Program-made: the position numbers and the translations under genes | Origin: Pseudomonadota bacterium | Lineage (GTDB): Bacteria; Bdellovibrionota; UBA1018 | Direction: 5' to 3' | DNA: 64,000 bases | NCBI GenBank assembly: GCA_027485695.1 | Contig: JAIXQO010000003.1 | Coordinates: 866,932 to 930,931, forward strand | In this document: one piece after another, positions 17,423 through 25,576 of the stretch | Layout: each line of letters opens with the position of its first letter | Numbering within the stretch: position 1 is the first letter of the stretch | The notes under the pieces: generated by a model | The model's database searches: none | Told to the model about the DNA's origin: nothing | Seen by the model: only the letters and a program-made list of their open reading frames with translations

Positions 17423-19138
17423 TTAAGCTTCGGCGTGCGTGGCGCGCATCAGTTCTTCGATCGTAGTGATCCCTTGTAAGACCTTGTTGATCGCGTCCTC
17501 ACGCAGTGTTTTCATCCCAGCCTGTACAGCAGCTTTTTTGATGAGACCCGCGTCCGCTTTTTTGACGATCAGCGACCGAATTTGGTCGTCGATCATCATG
17601 AGCTCGTGTGTAACCGTTCGCCCACTATACCCTGAATACGAGCAAGATGCACATCCAACTGCTTTGAAAATCGTCGCATCGGCCGGGATTTTCTGCATGC
17701 CCAGTTCCAGCTTCTCGAACTCGGTCGGCTCGTGTGGTTCTCGGCATTTAGGGCATACACGGCGGATCAGTCGTTGTGCGGCCACACCGAGGAGCGAGGA
17801 TGCCACGAGGAACGGTTCCACACCCATGTCGATGAGACGAGTCGAAACCCCGGGAGCGTCGTTGGTGTGGAGTGTGGAGAGAACCAAGTGACCAGTGAGC
17901 GAAGCTTCGATGGCGATCGTCGCGGTTTCTTTATCCCGGATCTCACCGACCATGATGACGTCGGGGTTCTGACGAAGAAAAGCACGCAAAACGCGGGCAA
18001 AGGTGAGTTCTATCTTGGAATTGACCTGAATTTGGTTGATGCCGTGAATCTGATACTCGACTGGATCTTCGACCGTCATGATGTTGCGTTCGGGCGAATT
18101 GAGTTTCGACAGGCACGCTGCGAGCGTCGAAGATTTACCGGAACCCGTCGGGCCGGTGACGAGGATGATTCCGTGCTTTTTGGAAATCAAACCTTCGATG
18201 AGATCCTTGCTCTGGATGGTGAATCCGAGCTGATCCAATGTCATGATGTTGCCCGTCTGCTGGAGAATACGCATGACGAGTCGTTCGCCGTGCGCGGCAG
18301 GGACGGTCGAGAGACGAATGTCGATGTCCTTGCCGGCGATCTTGATTTTGATGCGTCCGTCTTGAGGCAAGCGCTTCTCAGCGATGTCGAGCTGGCCCAT
18401 GACCTTGATACGCGAAGAGATGGCCGCGTGCGCTCGTTTAGGTTGGCGGATGACGTCGTAGAGCACGCCATCGACGCGGAATCGTACGACGAATTCTTTC
18501 TCGAACGGCTCGATGTGAATATCGCTCGCGTTTTCTTTGACGGCGCGGAACAAGAGCGAGTTCACGAATTTGATGACGGGCGCGTCGTCTTCGGTGGCTT
18601 CCAAGATATCGATTGGACCCTCTAGGTCCATCGCTTCTTCGAATTCCCCTTGAATTTCGGAAACGACGTTTCCGGAGTTGCGTTCATAAACGCGGTTGAT
18701 CGCGTCCTGGATCCTCATCGAAGTCGAGACGCAGATCTTGATCGGCATGCGCGTGAGCACTTGCAAATCGTCGATGATCGATTCGTTGAATGGGTCGGTT
18801 ACGCAGACAACGAGGATCTCACCATGCGTGGATTCCTCAGTCGAAAGCGGGATGACTTCTTTGGCTTTGGCGTAGTTGATCGGGATGTGCGTGACGAGTT
18901 TCGGATCGATATCGTTCGGCTTCAAGTCCTCGATGAACGGAATGCCGAGCTGAATGCAGAGCGCGCGCATGATTTCGTGCGGAAGAATCATGTTCCGACG
19001 GATCAGGATATCGCCGAGGAGTCCGCCTTCGGTCTCTTGAAGTCGCAGAGCCTCATCGAGCTGTTCTTCGGAGAGCGAAGTGTGCTTGAGAAGGATCTGT
19101 CCGAGCTTAGGTGCGGGCAGGCTGTGCGCTAAAGACAT
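17423..19138 (-). CDS. gspE: type II secretion system ATPase E
   Basis: Walker A 'VTGPTGSGKSST'. Tetracysteine zinc motif 'CPKCREP...CASC'. GspE/PilB family length (571 aa). Confidence 0.95.
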   Translation of the reverse strand: MSLAHSLPAPKLGQILLKHTSLSEEQLDEALRLQETEGGLLGDILIRRNMILPHEIMRALCIQLGIPFIEDLKPNDIDPKLVTHIPINYAKAKEVIPLSTEESTHGEILVVCVTDPFNESIIDDLQVLTRMPIKICVSTSMRIQDAINRVYERNSGNVVSEIQGEFEEAMDLEGPIDILEATEDDAPVIKFVNSLLFRAVKENASDIHIEPFEKEFVVRFRVDGVLYDVIRQPKRAHAAISSRIKVMGQLDIAEKRLPQDGRIKIKIAGKDIDIRLSTVPAAHGERLVMRILQQTGNIMTLDQLGFTIQSKDLIEGLISKKHGIILVTGPTGSGKSSTLAACLSKLNSPERNIMTVEDPVEYQIHGINQIQVNSKIELTFARVLRAFLRQNPDVIMVGEIRDKETATIAIEASLTGHLVLSTLHTNDAPGVSTRLIDMGVEPFLVASSLLGVAAQRLIRRVCPKCREPHEPTEFEKLELGMQKIPADATIFKAVGCASCSYSGYSGRTVTHELMMIDDQIRSLIVKKADAGLIKKAAVQAGMKTLREDAINKVLQGITTIEELMRATHAEA

Positions 19139-19183
19139 GGCTTAAGTTCTCGTCTCCGATTTCCTCTTACCCATTGCGTGGGG

Positions 19184-19355
19184 CTGAGAAAATGTTTTTG
19201 TTCGTCTGTACAAGCGTGACGCGTTCGACTCGAAGAGGCGATGTACAGGATTTTGAGCGCACGATGCGCGAGAAACCTGACTCTCCAGTGGAGAGTTCGT
19301 AAGCAGTATGCCTGCGAAAAGGCAGGACGTCCGGCAGGCAAAAACATTTTCTCAG
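19184..19355 (-). ncRNA. intergenic structured element (copy 2): perfect 17-bp inverted repeat 'CTGAGAAAATGTTTTTG' flanking a homologous core, in the gspE-gspD gap
   Basis: 19184-19200 is the exact reverse complement of 19339-19355. The core 'AGCGTGACGCGTTCGACTCGAAGAGGCGA' matches copy 1 at 27 of 29 positions. Extra hairpins: ctctcc-agt-ggagag and cctgc-gaaaa-ggcagg. Confidence 0.45.
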
Positions 19356-22030
19356 CCTCCGAAATCCGCTGCTGGAGGAGGCATGGGAGCTTGATCCATC
19401 GGGTATCCACCGTAGTTCGGGTCTCCGTAGTATTCCGTGCCGGGAGGAGGAAGTCCTTCTGGCATCACCGGAACTTGTCCGGGTTGAACGGGAGGAAGGC
19501 CGTTCGCCGGAGCAGCAGTTCCCATGTTACCGTCGGTCGCGCGTGTTCCCTGCTGCTGTGCTGGCGCGGAGGGTGCGCTCAGACCACCCGCCGAGGCTTG
19601 TTCGGCACGGTTGTCGATGGAGAAGTTCGTTTGCGGACGATTGTTCTTGAGAGCGTTTAAGTCCGGCAGACTGCGGATGATATCGTCGCGTTTTGCACGA
19701 TTCGTATCGTTTCCACCGACGGACGTCTCGATGAAATCGTCACGCTCTTTGAGCTTCTGATCCAGAACTGTTCGGATCTTCTCATATTGGCGAATGATCT
19801 TCGGCGTGATGAAGAGCAGGAGGTTGATCTTGTCCGATTCATCCTTGGTGGCGCGGAACAACCATCCAAGCACTGGGATATCACCCAAGAGCGGGATCTT
19901 AGAAACGGTTTTGGTTTGTTTATCGCGCGTAAGGCCGCCCATGACGACCGTATCTCCATCGGCGACGGTGATCGTAGTTTTCGCCTGGCGCGAGGTCGTA
20001 GCTAGACCGCCTTGACCGAGTGCCCCGGGAAGTTCGCGACCCGAGAAGTCTTGAAGCTTGGCTTCGATTTCGAGTCTCACGAAATTCGACATCTTATTGA
20101 TCGAAGGTTTGAGTTTGATTGAGATGCCGACGTCTTCTTTGGCGCCTGGAGTGGCTTGCTGAATACCGTTTGTGAGTGTCGTTTGAATGGTCGGGATTTT
20201 TTCGACCGAGTCAAACAATGCCTCGGTATTATCGAGGGTCAGGATTTGCGGTGTAGCGAGAACCGTTGCGTTCGAATTGGTCTGCATCGCATTGATCAGG
20301 CCCTCGACCGAGCGTACTTCGACGTTTTGTCCGCCGACATTAAAGGTCTTGGTACCGCCGGCTTTGAAACCGAGAATAGCGCCTGTGGACGAAAGGGGAT
20401 TCGCGACAAATTTCGCTAGATCTCCGTTCACGACCGATCCTAGACCGTTTTTCGGGCTCATGACGTTGACTGACATATCGAATTTCTTACTGAGCGACAT
20501 CTCCATGATGACGACTTCGGCGTAAACCTGGTCGCGTGGGATATCGAGGCGGTTGACGACCCGCTGAACAGTCGCGAAATCGTTCGGCGTGGCGGTGACC
20601 ACGAGCGAGTTCGTCGACTTATCAGCCGCGACCTTGATGGAGCCTTCGAAGAGCGAGGCTTGCACGGGGTTTGATCCCGTTCCACCTGCCGCACCACCGG
20701 CGCCACCTGGACGAGCAGCCGAACCGGCGGAAGAGCCGAGACCGTTCAGAGTGTTGGAGAGAGCTTCGGCGTCTGCGAACTGCAAGTAAATGACGTGAAC
20801 CTTGCCGCCGCCGATTTGTGCGGGGAGGGTTTTGTCGAGTTTCTTGACGAGGTCGCGGACCTGATCGGCACCGCGGCTGTTCGCGTGAACGATCAAGTTA
20901 TTGGTGCGTTCGTCGGCGATCACCGTATTGATGATGCCGCCTTCTTTGGTCTTGCGAGCCGTGAATCGCGATCCACCTGAACCAGGGAAACGCGGGCCCG
21001 CAGAAGGTCCAGCCGCATTGCCCGGAATGAGTGTATCCACCAGTTTCGCGAGTTCGGCGGCCGAAGCGAATTTAACCGGGATGACTTCGATGCCGGCGTC
21101 GTAGCCCTCGACGTCCAAGATGTCGAGGAGCTTGGAGAGCTTGGCGATGTTTGAACCAGTGTCGGTCACGATGACCGTGTTGGTTTGTTCATAAGGAATG
21201 ATCCGCGAGTTCGCTGGCATGAAACTTCGGAAGTTACGAGCGACTTCGTCGGCGGACAAGTACTTGAGGCGGAATAGGCGAGTGATCAGGGCATCGGAGT
21301 CCGGAGATTTTGCGCCCGTGAACGTGCGGAGCTGTTTATCTCGCGCATCGCGTTGGCGAGCGATCCGGATGAATTTGCCCGAAGGAATGAGGGCAAAGTT
21401 CGTCATATCCAGGGCCGTCAAGAATGCTCTCCAGGCTTCGCGAACCGTGATCGGTGAATTCGAAATAATAGAGATCTTGCCTTTGACGTCCTTATCGAGA
21501 ATGAAATTCTTGCCCGTCAATTTGCCGAGTGCTTTTGCGATATCGAGAATATCGGCATCGGGAAAATTGAAATCGGTGATGAGTTCGTTGGAACCGGAGC
21601 CACCTTCGTCATCGACCATGGCATAGGGTTGAGCGGCGCTTCGAGGGCCCTCGTTCACGATGCCTTTTTGGCTGCCGCCGATTTGAATTCCACCACCACC
21701 GCCACGATTCGAAGCGGTGTCGTAGGAAACGCCGCCTCCGCCCCCGGCACTACCGCCGCCATCTCGAGGCGGAAGTTGGGAGTTGCCGTAGTCCATCTCA
21801 AAATCTTCGTCATCTTCGTCGAAAAAAGGCTGGCCTGGCTGAGACGGCGGGGCAGCGTATGGATTATTAAAAGATTTTCCGCCTGGTTGAAATCCCGCCG
21901 GCGGGTCAATCGCATGTGCAGGGCTCGAGAGGAGAACAATGATCGCGGTGAGGGAGACGAAGAGAATCGCGCCCCCCAGGCATCGGATGCATTTCAAGTT
22001 TTGTTCAGTCGGTTCCATACGCGTCTCCAA
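19352..22030 (-). CDS. gspD: type II secretion system secretin D (long Gly-rich low-complexity N-terminal region)
   Basis: Secretin C-domain 'VVMGGLTRDKQTKTVSKIPLLGDIPVLGWLFRATKDESDKINLLLFITPKIIR'. Signal peptide present. N0-N3 region interrupted by Gly-runs 'GGGSAGGGGGVS...NRGGGGGIQIGG'. Confidence 0.9.
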   Translation of the reverse strand: METRMEPTEQNLKCIRCLGGAILFVSLTAIIVLLSSPAHAIDPPAGFQPGGKSFNNPYAAPPSQPGQPFFDEDDEDFEMDYGNSQLPPRDGGGSAGGGGGVSYDTASNRGGGGGIQIGGSQKGIVNEGPRSAAQPYAMVDDEGGSGSNELITDFNFPDADILDIAKALGKLTGKNFILDKDVKGKISIISNSPITVREAWRAFLTALDMTNFALIPSGKFIRIARQRDARDKQLRTFTGAKSPDSDALITRLFRLKYLSADEVARNFRSFMPANSRIIPYEQTNTVIVTDTGSNIAKLSKLLDILDVEGYDAGIEVIPVKFASAAELAKLVDTLIPGNAAGPSAGPRFPGSGGSRFTARKTKEGGIINTVIADERTNNLIVHANSRGADQVRDLVKKLDKTLPAQIGGGKVHVIYLQFADAEALSNTLNGLGSSAGSAARPGGAGGAAGGTGSNPVQASLFEGSIKVAADKSTNSLVVTATPNDFATVQRVVNRLDIPRDQVYAEVVIMEMSLSKKFDMSVNVMSPKNGLGSVVNGDLAKFVANPLSSTGAILGFKAGGTKTFNVGGQNVEVRSVEGLINAMQTNSNATVLATPQILTLDNTEALFDSVEKIPTIQTTLTNGIQQATPGAKEDVGISIKLKPSINKMSNFVRLEIEAKLQDFSGRELPGALGQGGLATTSRQAKTTITVADGDTVVMGGLTRDKQTKTVSKIPLLGDIPVLGWLFRATKDESDKINLLLFITPKIIRQYEKIRTVLDQKLKERDDFIETSVGGNDTNRAKRDDIIRSLPDLNALKNNRPQTNFSIDNRAEQASAGGLSAPSAPAQQQGTRATDGNMGTAAPANGLPPVQPGQVPVMPEGLPPPGTEYYGDPNYGGYPMDQAPMPPPAADFGG

Positions 22031-22034
22031 AGTC

Positions 22035-23228
22035 TTACCGAATCAGGTAACTAAAATTGTTCATTTTGCCGCCGCGGCGGACGCAGAGTTCGAGGTTGCT
22101 CTTGGTCTTGAGGCTAGCGAGAAGTTCAAACGCCTTGCCGGCGTCATTGATCGGATCGCCGTCGACGCCGCAGAGGATGTCGTTATCTTTGAGGCCGAGT
22201 TTGTCGTAGATAGAGCCCGGTACGATCTGGATGAGTTTGAATCCGGAGGGTACGCCGTTTTCTAGATGAGGGACGGCACGAGCTTCGGTGAGAATCTTGT
22301 TTAAATCAGAGAGGGCCTTGTCAATTTCCGTACGCGACACATTGAATTGGCTCGGGGAGAGTTGTTCGATACCGCCACCAGCCGGACCGCTGGCGGTCGT
22401 TTTCTTGGAGAGCGAGATCGAGTTTTGTTCGCCTTCGGGGAGATCGACGAACTCGCGTTTGCCTGTCGCTTTGTTCAAGAAGATGACTTTGTAAGGCTCG
22501 ATCGCAAGAATCTTGGCTTTGCCTGGAATTTCGTCGTCGATTCGAACCGGGTAAACGACATTCTCGTTACGGTCTTCGATCGTTGCCACCGAACGTAGTT
22601 CGTTCCTGAGCACCAATGTTCCAATCAGGTTAAAAGGGAGCGAGGTTTTGACCGGAACATTGTTCTGGTCCATCGGTCCACCCGGCAAATCGTCGCCTGG
22701 AATCAGTCCTTTGTTATTGAAAAGGTTGCGCGTGATGATGATCTGGTAGTCGGTCAGTGCCCGACGTTTGATAGTGCTTCCGCCGCTGGAGCGAAGTGAG
22801 CGAGCGGCCGGCGGTTCTGGGATGAGTCGCTCGATGAAAATCGAAAAGAGTCCCGCCGCCAAATAGGTGACTAAGAGAATCGCAAGGATGAGGGTAGCGA
22901 ATTGAAGCGTGTCCGCATTAAAAGAGAGCCCACGTCCACCCGCAAGAACCGCGGCGCCGCCGCCGAGACTGAGGTTCGGGCGACGAATGTTCGCCATCGT
23001 TTTATGGATGCGCGCACGCAGGGTTTTCGTCAGTGTGCCTTCGCGATCGGGTCCGGGGCGGTCGGTATAGTCGGCGTTGGATTTTTTTCGACCGATACCG
23101 CGCAAGCGCTCGCCGAACGAAGAGAATCGTTCTTTGAGCTTTGCTTTCCAATTCGGTTTTTCTTCAAACGGTAGATTGCCGGCCATCTCAGTGAGGGCTA
23201 GGAGCAAGCCCAGTGCCAGCACGATCAA
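22035..23228 (-). CDS. gspC: type II secretion system protein C (TM + HR domain + C-terminal PDZ)
   Basis: N-terminal TM 'FATLILAILLVTYLAAGLFSIFI'. C-terminal PDZ-like 'KLGLKDNDILCGVDGDPINDAGKAFELLASL'. It is the first gene of the operon. Confidence 0.75.
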   Translation of the reverse strand: MIVLALGLLLALTEMAGNLPFEEKPNWKAKLKERFSSFGERLRGIGRKKSNADYTDRPGPDREGTLTKTLRARIHKTMANIRRPNLSLGGGAAVLAGGRGLSFNADTLQFATLILAILLVTYLAAGLFSIFIERLIPEPPAARSLRSSGGSTIKRRALTDYQIIITRNLFNNKGLIPGDDLPGGPMDQNNVPVKTSLPFNLIGTLVLRNELRSVATIEDRNENVVYPVRIDDEIPGKAKILAIEPYKVIFLNKATGKREFVDLPEGEQNSISLSKKTTASGPAGGGIEQLSPSQFNVSRTEIDKALSDLNKILTEARAVPHLENGVPSGFKLIQIVPGSIYDKLGLKDNDILCGVDGDPINDAGKAFELLASLKTKSNLELCVRRGGKMNNFSYLIR

Positions 23229-23289
23229 ACGATTCGTGCGATCTAAGTTGATCTAAGTCGAATCATACCAATGAGTTATCGATAGTCAG

Positions 23290-23390
23290 TGGATTGTCGG
23301 CTCTGCAATTGGCTGGAGGGCTTTGACAATTTGTCAGGGTATGCAAATCACAAACCCCCTGTTTCGACAAATTGTCCAAACAGGGGGTCG
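23290..23390. promoter_or_regulatory. T2SS operon upstream region with three GACAA/TTGTC palindromic sites
   Basis: 'tgacaatttgtca' (23324-23336) and 'gacaaattgtc' (23366-23376) are perfect palindromes. A third half-site 'attgtc' lies at 23293. The region is 60-140 nt upstream of the gspC start. Confidence 0.35.
23341..23387 (-). terminator. hairpin terminator downstream of the repeat-protein gene
   Basis: 10-bp perfect stem ccccctgttt/aaacaggggg (23355-23387) enclosing the palindrome above. On the minus strand it is followed by TTTGTGATTTG. It sits 30 nt past the stop of the 23414-24571 gene. Confidence 0.5.
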
Positions 23391-23413
23391 AATGAAATCC
23401 GTTCAATTTTCCT

Positions 23414-24571
23414 TTAACGACGACGGGACGAAGGGAATAGATCCTCTCGGAGTGTCCAATCGACGGGGCCTTGGCTGAAGAACTGCGCCGTCCATTTTTG
23501 AACTTTGAGCGAGCTATTCGGTCGTTTGTAGCCCGAAACCCGGTGCATACGACGATGGGTTTCAAAAGAGATCTCATGGAAATCCATCCAGGCCTGGCGG
23601 TAGGGTTTCATCGTATCCACTGACTTGTCGTCATGGAGTACCAGGTCGAAGATGTGTGGCTTGTCGGTGCTCGACAACTGCAGTGTGAACTCGCCGGGAT
23701 TAAACCAGTTGATCACTTGTCTTGGACGGCGATCTTTCGAACTCAAATCGATTCCGACGTCGTAGCTCTGAGGAATGCCGAGCATATCGTAAGCTTCAGG
23801 ACCGATCTCTTGCTCGAATGCCTCCAGTGAAATGCTGATTCGATCGTACTCGGTCTTAGACTTCATCAGTTCCCAATAGAGCTCTTTGTCGAGCGTTCGA
23901 ACTTCTTTGAGTACTGCGTTCAAGATATCCTCGCGGGTGAGGCTCGGATTCCAGAGGCGTGCTTCACGATGAAGAATCTCGCGCGCGAAGGTCTCATCGT
24001 GCGGTTCAAGTTCATGAGTTTCGAGGTATTCCATGACGTAACCGCCGTTACCGGTTTTGTCGCCAAACTCTTGATCACGAGATCGTGAATCATCGCCATC
24101 CATCCCGTTACCGGTCTTATCGCCGCGAACACCCTCGGTGTTCTCTCGGTCAATTCCGTTACCGGTTTTGTCTCCGAAACTGTTCCCAGTCTTGTCTCCG
24201 AAACTGTTCCCAGTCTTGTCTCCGAAACTGTTCCCGGTCTTGTCTCCGAAACTGTTCCCGGTCTTGTCTCCGACACCGTTCCCAGTCTTATCTCCGACAC
24301 CGTTCCCAGTCTTATCTCCGACACCGTTCCCAGTCTTATCTCCGACACCGTTCCCGGTCTTGTCTCCGAAACTGTTCCCAGTCTTATCTCCGAAACTCTT
24401 TGTGCCTGGTTGAGACGATTCGCCTTCGTGACGTTTACGTCGAGAAGAGTCAGATTTTGCGGTGCTTTTGGTTGCATCGGTGGAGCGATTCTTGGGTCTA
24501 TCGCCTGCGTATACTCCAGTCGTGAGGACCAGAAACGCGCTGACTATGATCAGATGAACGGGGTGATTCAT
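23414..24571 (-). CDS. secreted protein with about 13 tandem 8-aa repeats (FGDKTGNS/GVGDKTGN) and a conserved C-terminal domain
   Basis: Signal peptide 'MNHPVHLIIVSAFLVLTTGVYA'. Repeat array 'GDKTGNSFGDKTGNGVGDKTGNGV...'. C-terminal globular domain of about 230 aa. Confidence 0.75.
   Translation of the reverse strand: MNHPVHLIIVSAFLVLTTGVYAGDRPKNRSTDATKSTAKSDSSRRKRHEGESSQPGTKSFGDKTGNSFGDKTGNGVGDKTGNGVGDKTGNGVGDKTGNGVGDKTGNSFGDKTGNSFGDKTGNSFGDKTGNSFGDKTGNGIDRENTEGVRGDKTGNGMDGDDSRSRDQEFGDKTGNGGYVMEYLETHELEPHDETFAREILHREARLWNPSLTREDILNAVLKEVRTLDKELYWELMKSKTEYDRISISLEAFEQEIGPEAYDMLGIPQSYDVGIDLSSKDRRPRQVINWFNPGEFTLQLSSTDKPHIFDLVLHDDKSVDTMKPYRQAWMDFHEISFETHRRMHRVSGYKRPNSSLKVQKWTAQFFSQGPVDWTLREDLFPSSRRR
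24045..24415 (-). repeat. perfect 24-bp in-frame tandem repeat array (core 24177-24410), units 'gtctccgaaactgttcccagtctt' / 'atctccgacaccgttcccagtctt'
   Basis: About 10 perfect and 4 degenerate 24-nt units are visible directly in the sequence. They create artefactual + strand ORFs (24085..24525, 24138..24413). Confidence 0.95.
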
Positions 24572-24574
24572 AAC

Positions 24575-25369
24575 CTAATTTTCCTTGCGTTTCTGAGTGA
24601 GGGGAAACAGCTGCATCGAGAGTCGGTAGACTTCGCTGCGATTCCCGGTTTCCATCAAATCAGATAGTTCGTCTTGGAAACGGCGGATACGTTCTTTGGC
24701 AATGGCCATTTTGGAGGGGTCGATCGCCATGGTGATCGTCGAAAAGTCTCGTTCATCGATTTCGCGTTCATTGAGGGCGTTTTTGGCGAGGTCGAGGTTT
24801 TCTTCGTAACATTTACGAAGGGACAAATCGACGATGTCATCCGAAGTGCGAACAGACTTCGTATCGCGAAGAAGGGCGCCATCGTCCGTTCGGCGAATCA
24901 AGCCAAGTTCCAAAAGACGAGACATGACTTCGGAAACTCGGTGGGTCGAGACGCCGAGTCGACGAGCGATCCACTCTTGGTCCGATTGGAAATCAGAGCA
25001 ATTCATCAATGATAAAAGGGCGTAGTGTTCCCACTCGGCGATCATGCGGAATTGTGCCGCCGAAAGCGCGAGGTAACGTGCTTCGTAGACGGCTTCCTCA
25101 ACGGTGAGTTCCATCCGGCGTTTTTCTGGGAAAAGCGAGAGCAGGTCGGCGCGCTCTTGTGGATCCGGAATGAGTTTCAGGGTAATTCGCTCAGCGAGAT
25201 CCTTTGAAACAGTTCGTTTTCCGTTCATGATCAGGCTCAGGGCTCCAGCGTTGATCCCGATGCGCTTGGAGTAAGCGCGGAGGGAAAATCTCGGATTGGC
25301 CAGCTGGATCTCGTACAGTTTCTTGCGGAGGGTTTGTTGGAGGGCGAGTTGTTCTTTCATGAAACGCAC
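24575..25369 (-). CDS. HTH-domain protein (XRE-like N-terminal HTH; resembles the TIGR02147 Fibrobacter/Bdellovibrio paralogous family)
   Basis: 'LRAYSKRIGINAGALSLIMNGKRTVSKDLAERI' is a helix-turn-helix. Size 264 aa. The family assignment is from memory and is uncertain. Confidence 0.55.
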   Translation of the reverse strand: MRFMKEQLALQQTLRKKLYEIQLANPRFSLRAYSKRIGINAGALSLIMNGKRTVSKDLAERITLKLIPDPQERADLLSLFPEKRRMELTVEEAVYEARYLALSAAQFRMIAEWEHYALLSLMNCSDFQSDQEWIARRLGVSTHRVSEVMSRLLELGLIRRTDDGALLRDTKSVRTSDDIVDLSLRKCYEENLDLAKNALNEREIDERDFSTITMAIDPSKMAIAKERIRRFQDELSDLMETGNRSEVYRLSMQLFPLTQKRKEN

Positions 25370-25576
25370 TGTAAGCGGTCATGAAACATTTTTCAATAAA
25401 CATTAGGTAACAAATCGTTTCCAACGATGAAACACCTGAAACCCCTCATGATTTGTATCACTGTCTATTTGTTTTACAGGTGGGGATTTCACGCTGTAGA
25501 CGCACCGTCCACGCAAACTGCGGGTGAGTGATAACTCCTGATCATAGACCGATCGATCCTCTGATAAGTTATTTTC

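Noticed and set aside
17732-18625. Long antisense ORFs inside confirmed genes, for example 297 aa in gspE, 374 aa at 48608-49732, 330 aa at 29396-30388, 309 aa at 35519-36448, 365 aa at 39928-41025 and 319 aa at 42704-43663
   Set aside because: These are shadow ORFs of the kind expected in GC-rich coding DNA. They have no motifs, and the opposite strand carries unmistakable conserved proteins in every case.
24045-24415. Possible CRISPR array (regular 24-bp repeats)
   Set aside because: The units are contiguous with no spacers, in-frame within a CDS, and far shorter than CRISPR repeats. It is a coding minisatellite.
24085-24525. + strand ORFs across the 24-bp repeat array (24085-24525 and 24138-24413, 'LSPKLFPVLSP...')
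   Set aside because: They are artefacts of the periodic repeat, which keeps every frame open. The minus-strand reading has a signal peptide and a conserved C-terminal domain and is the real gene.
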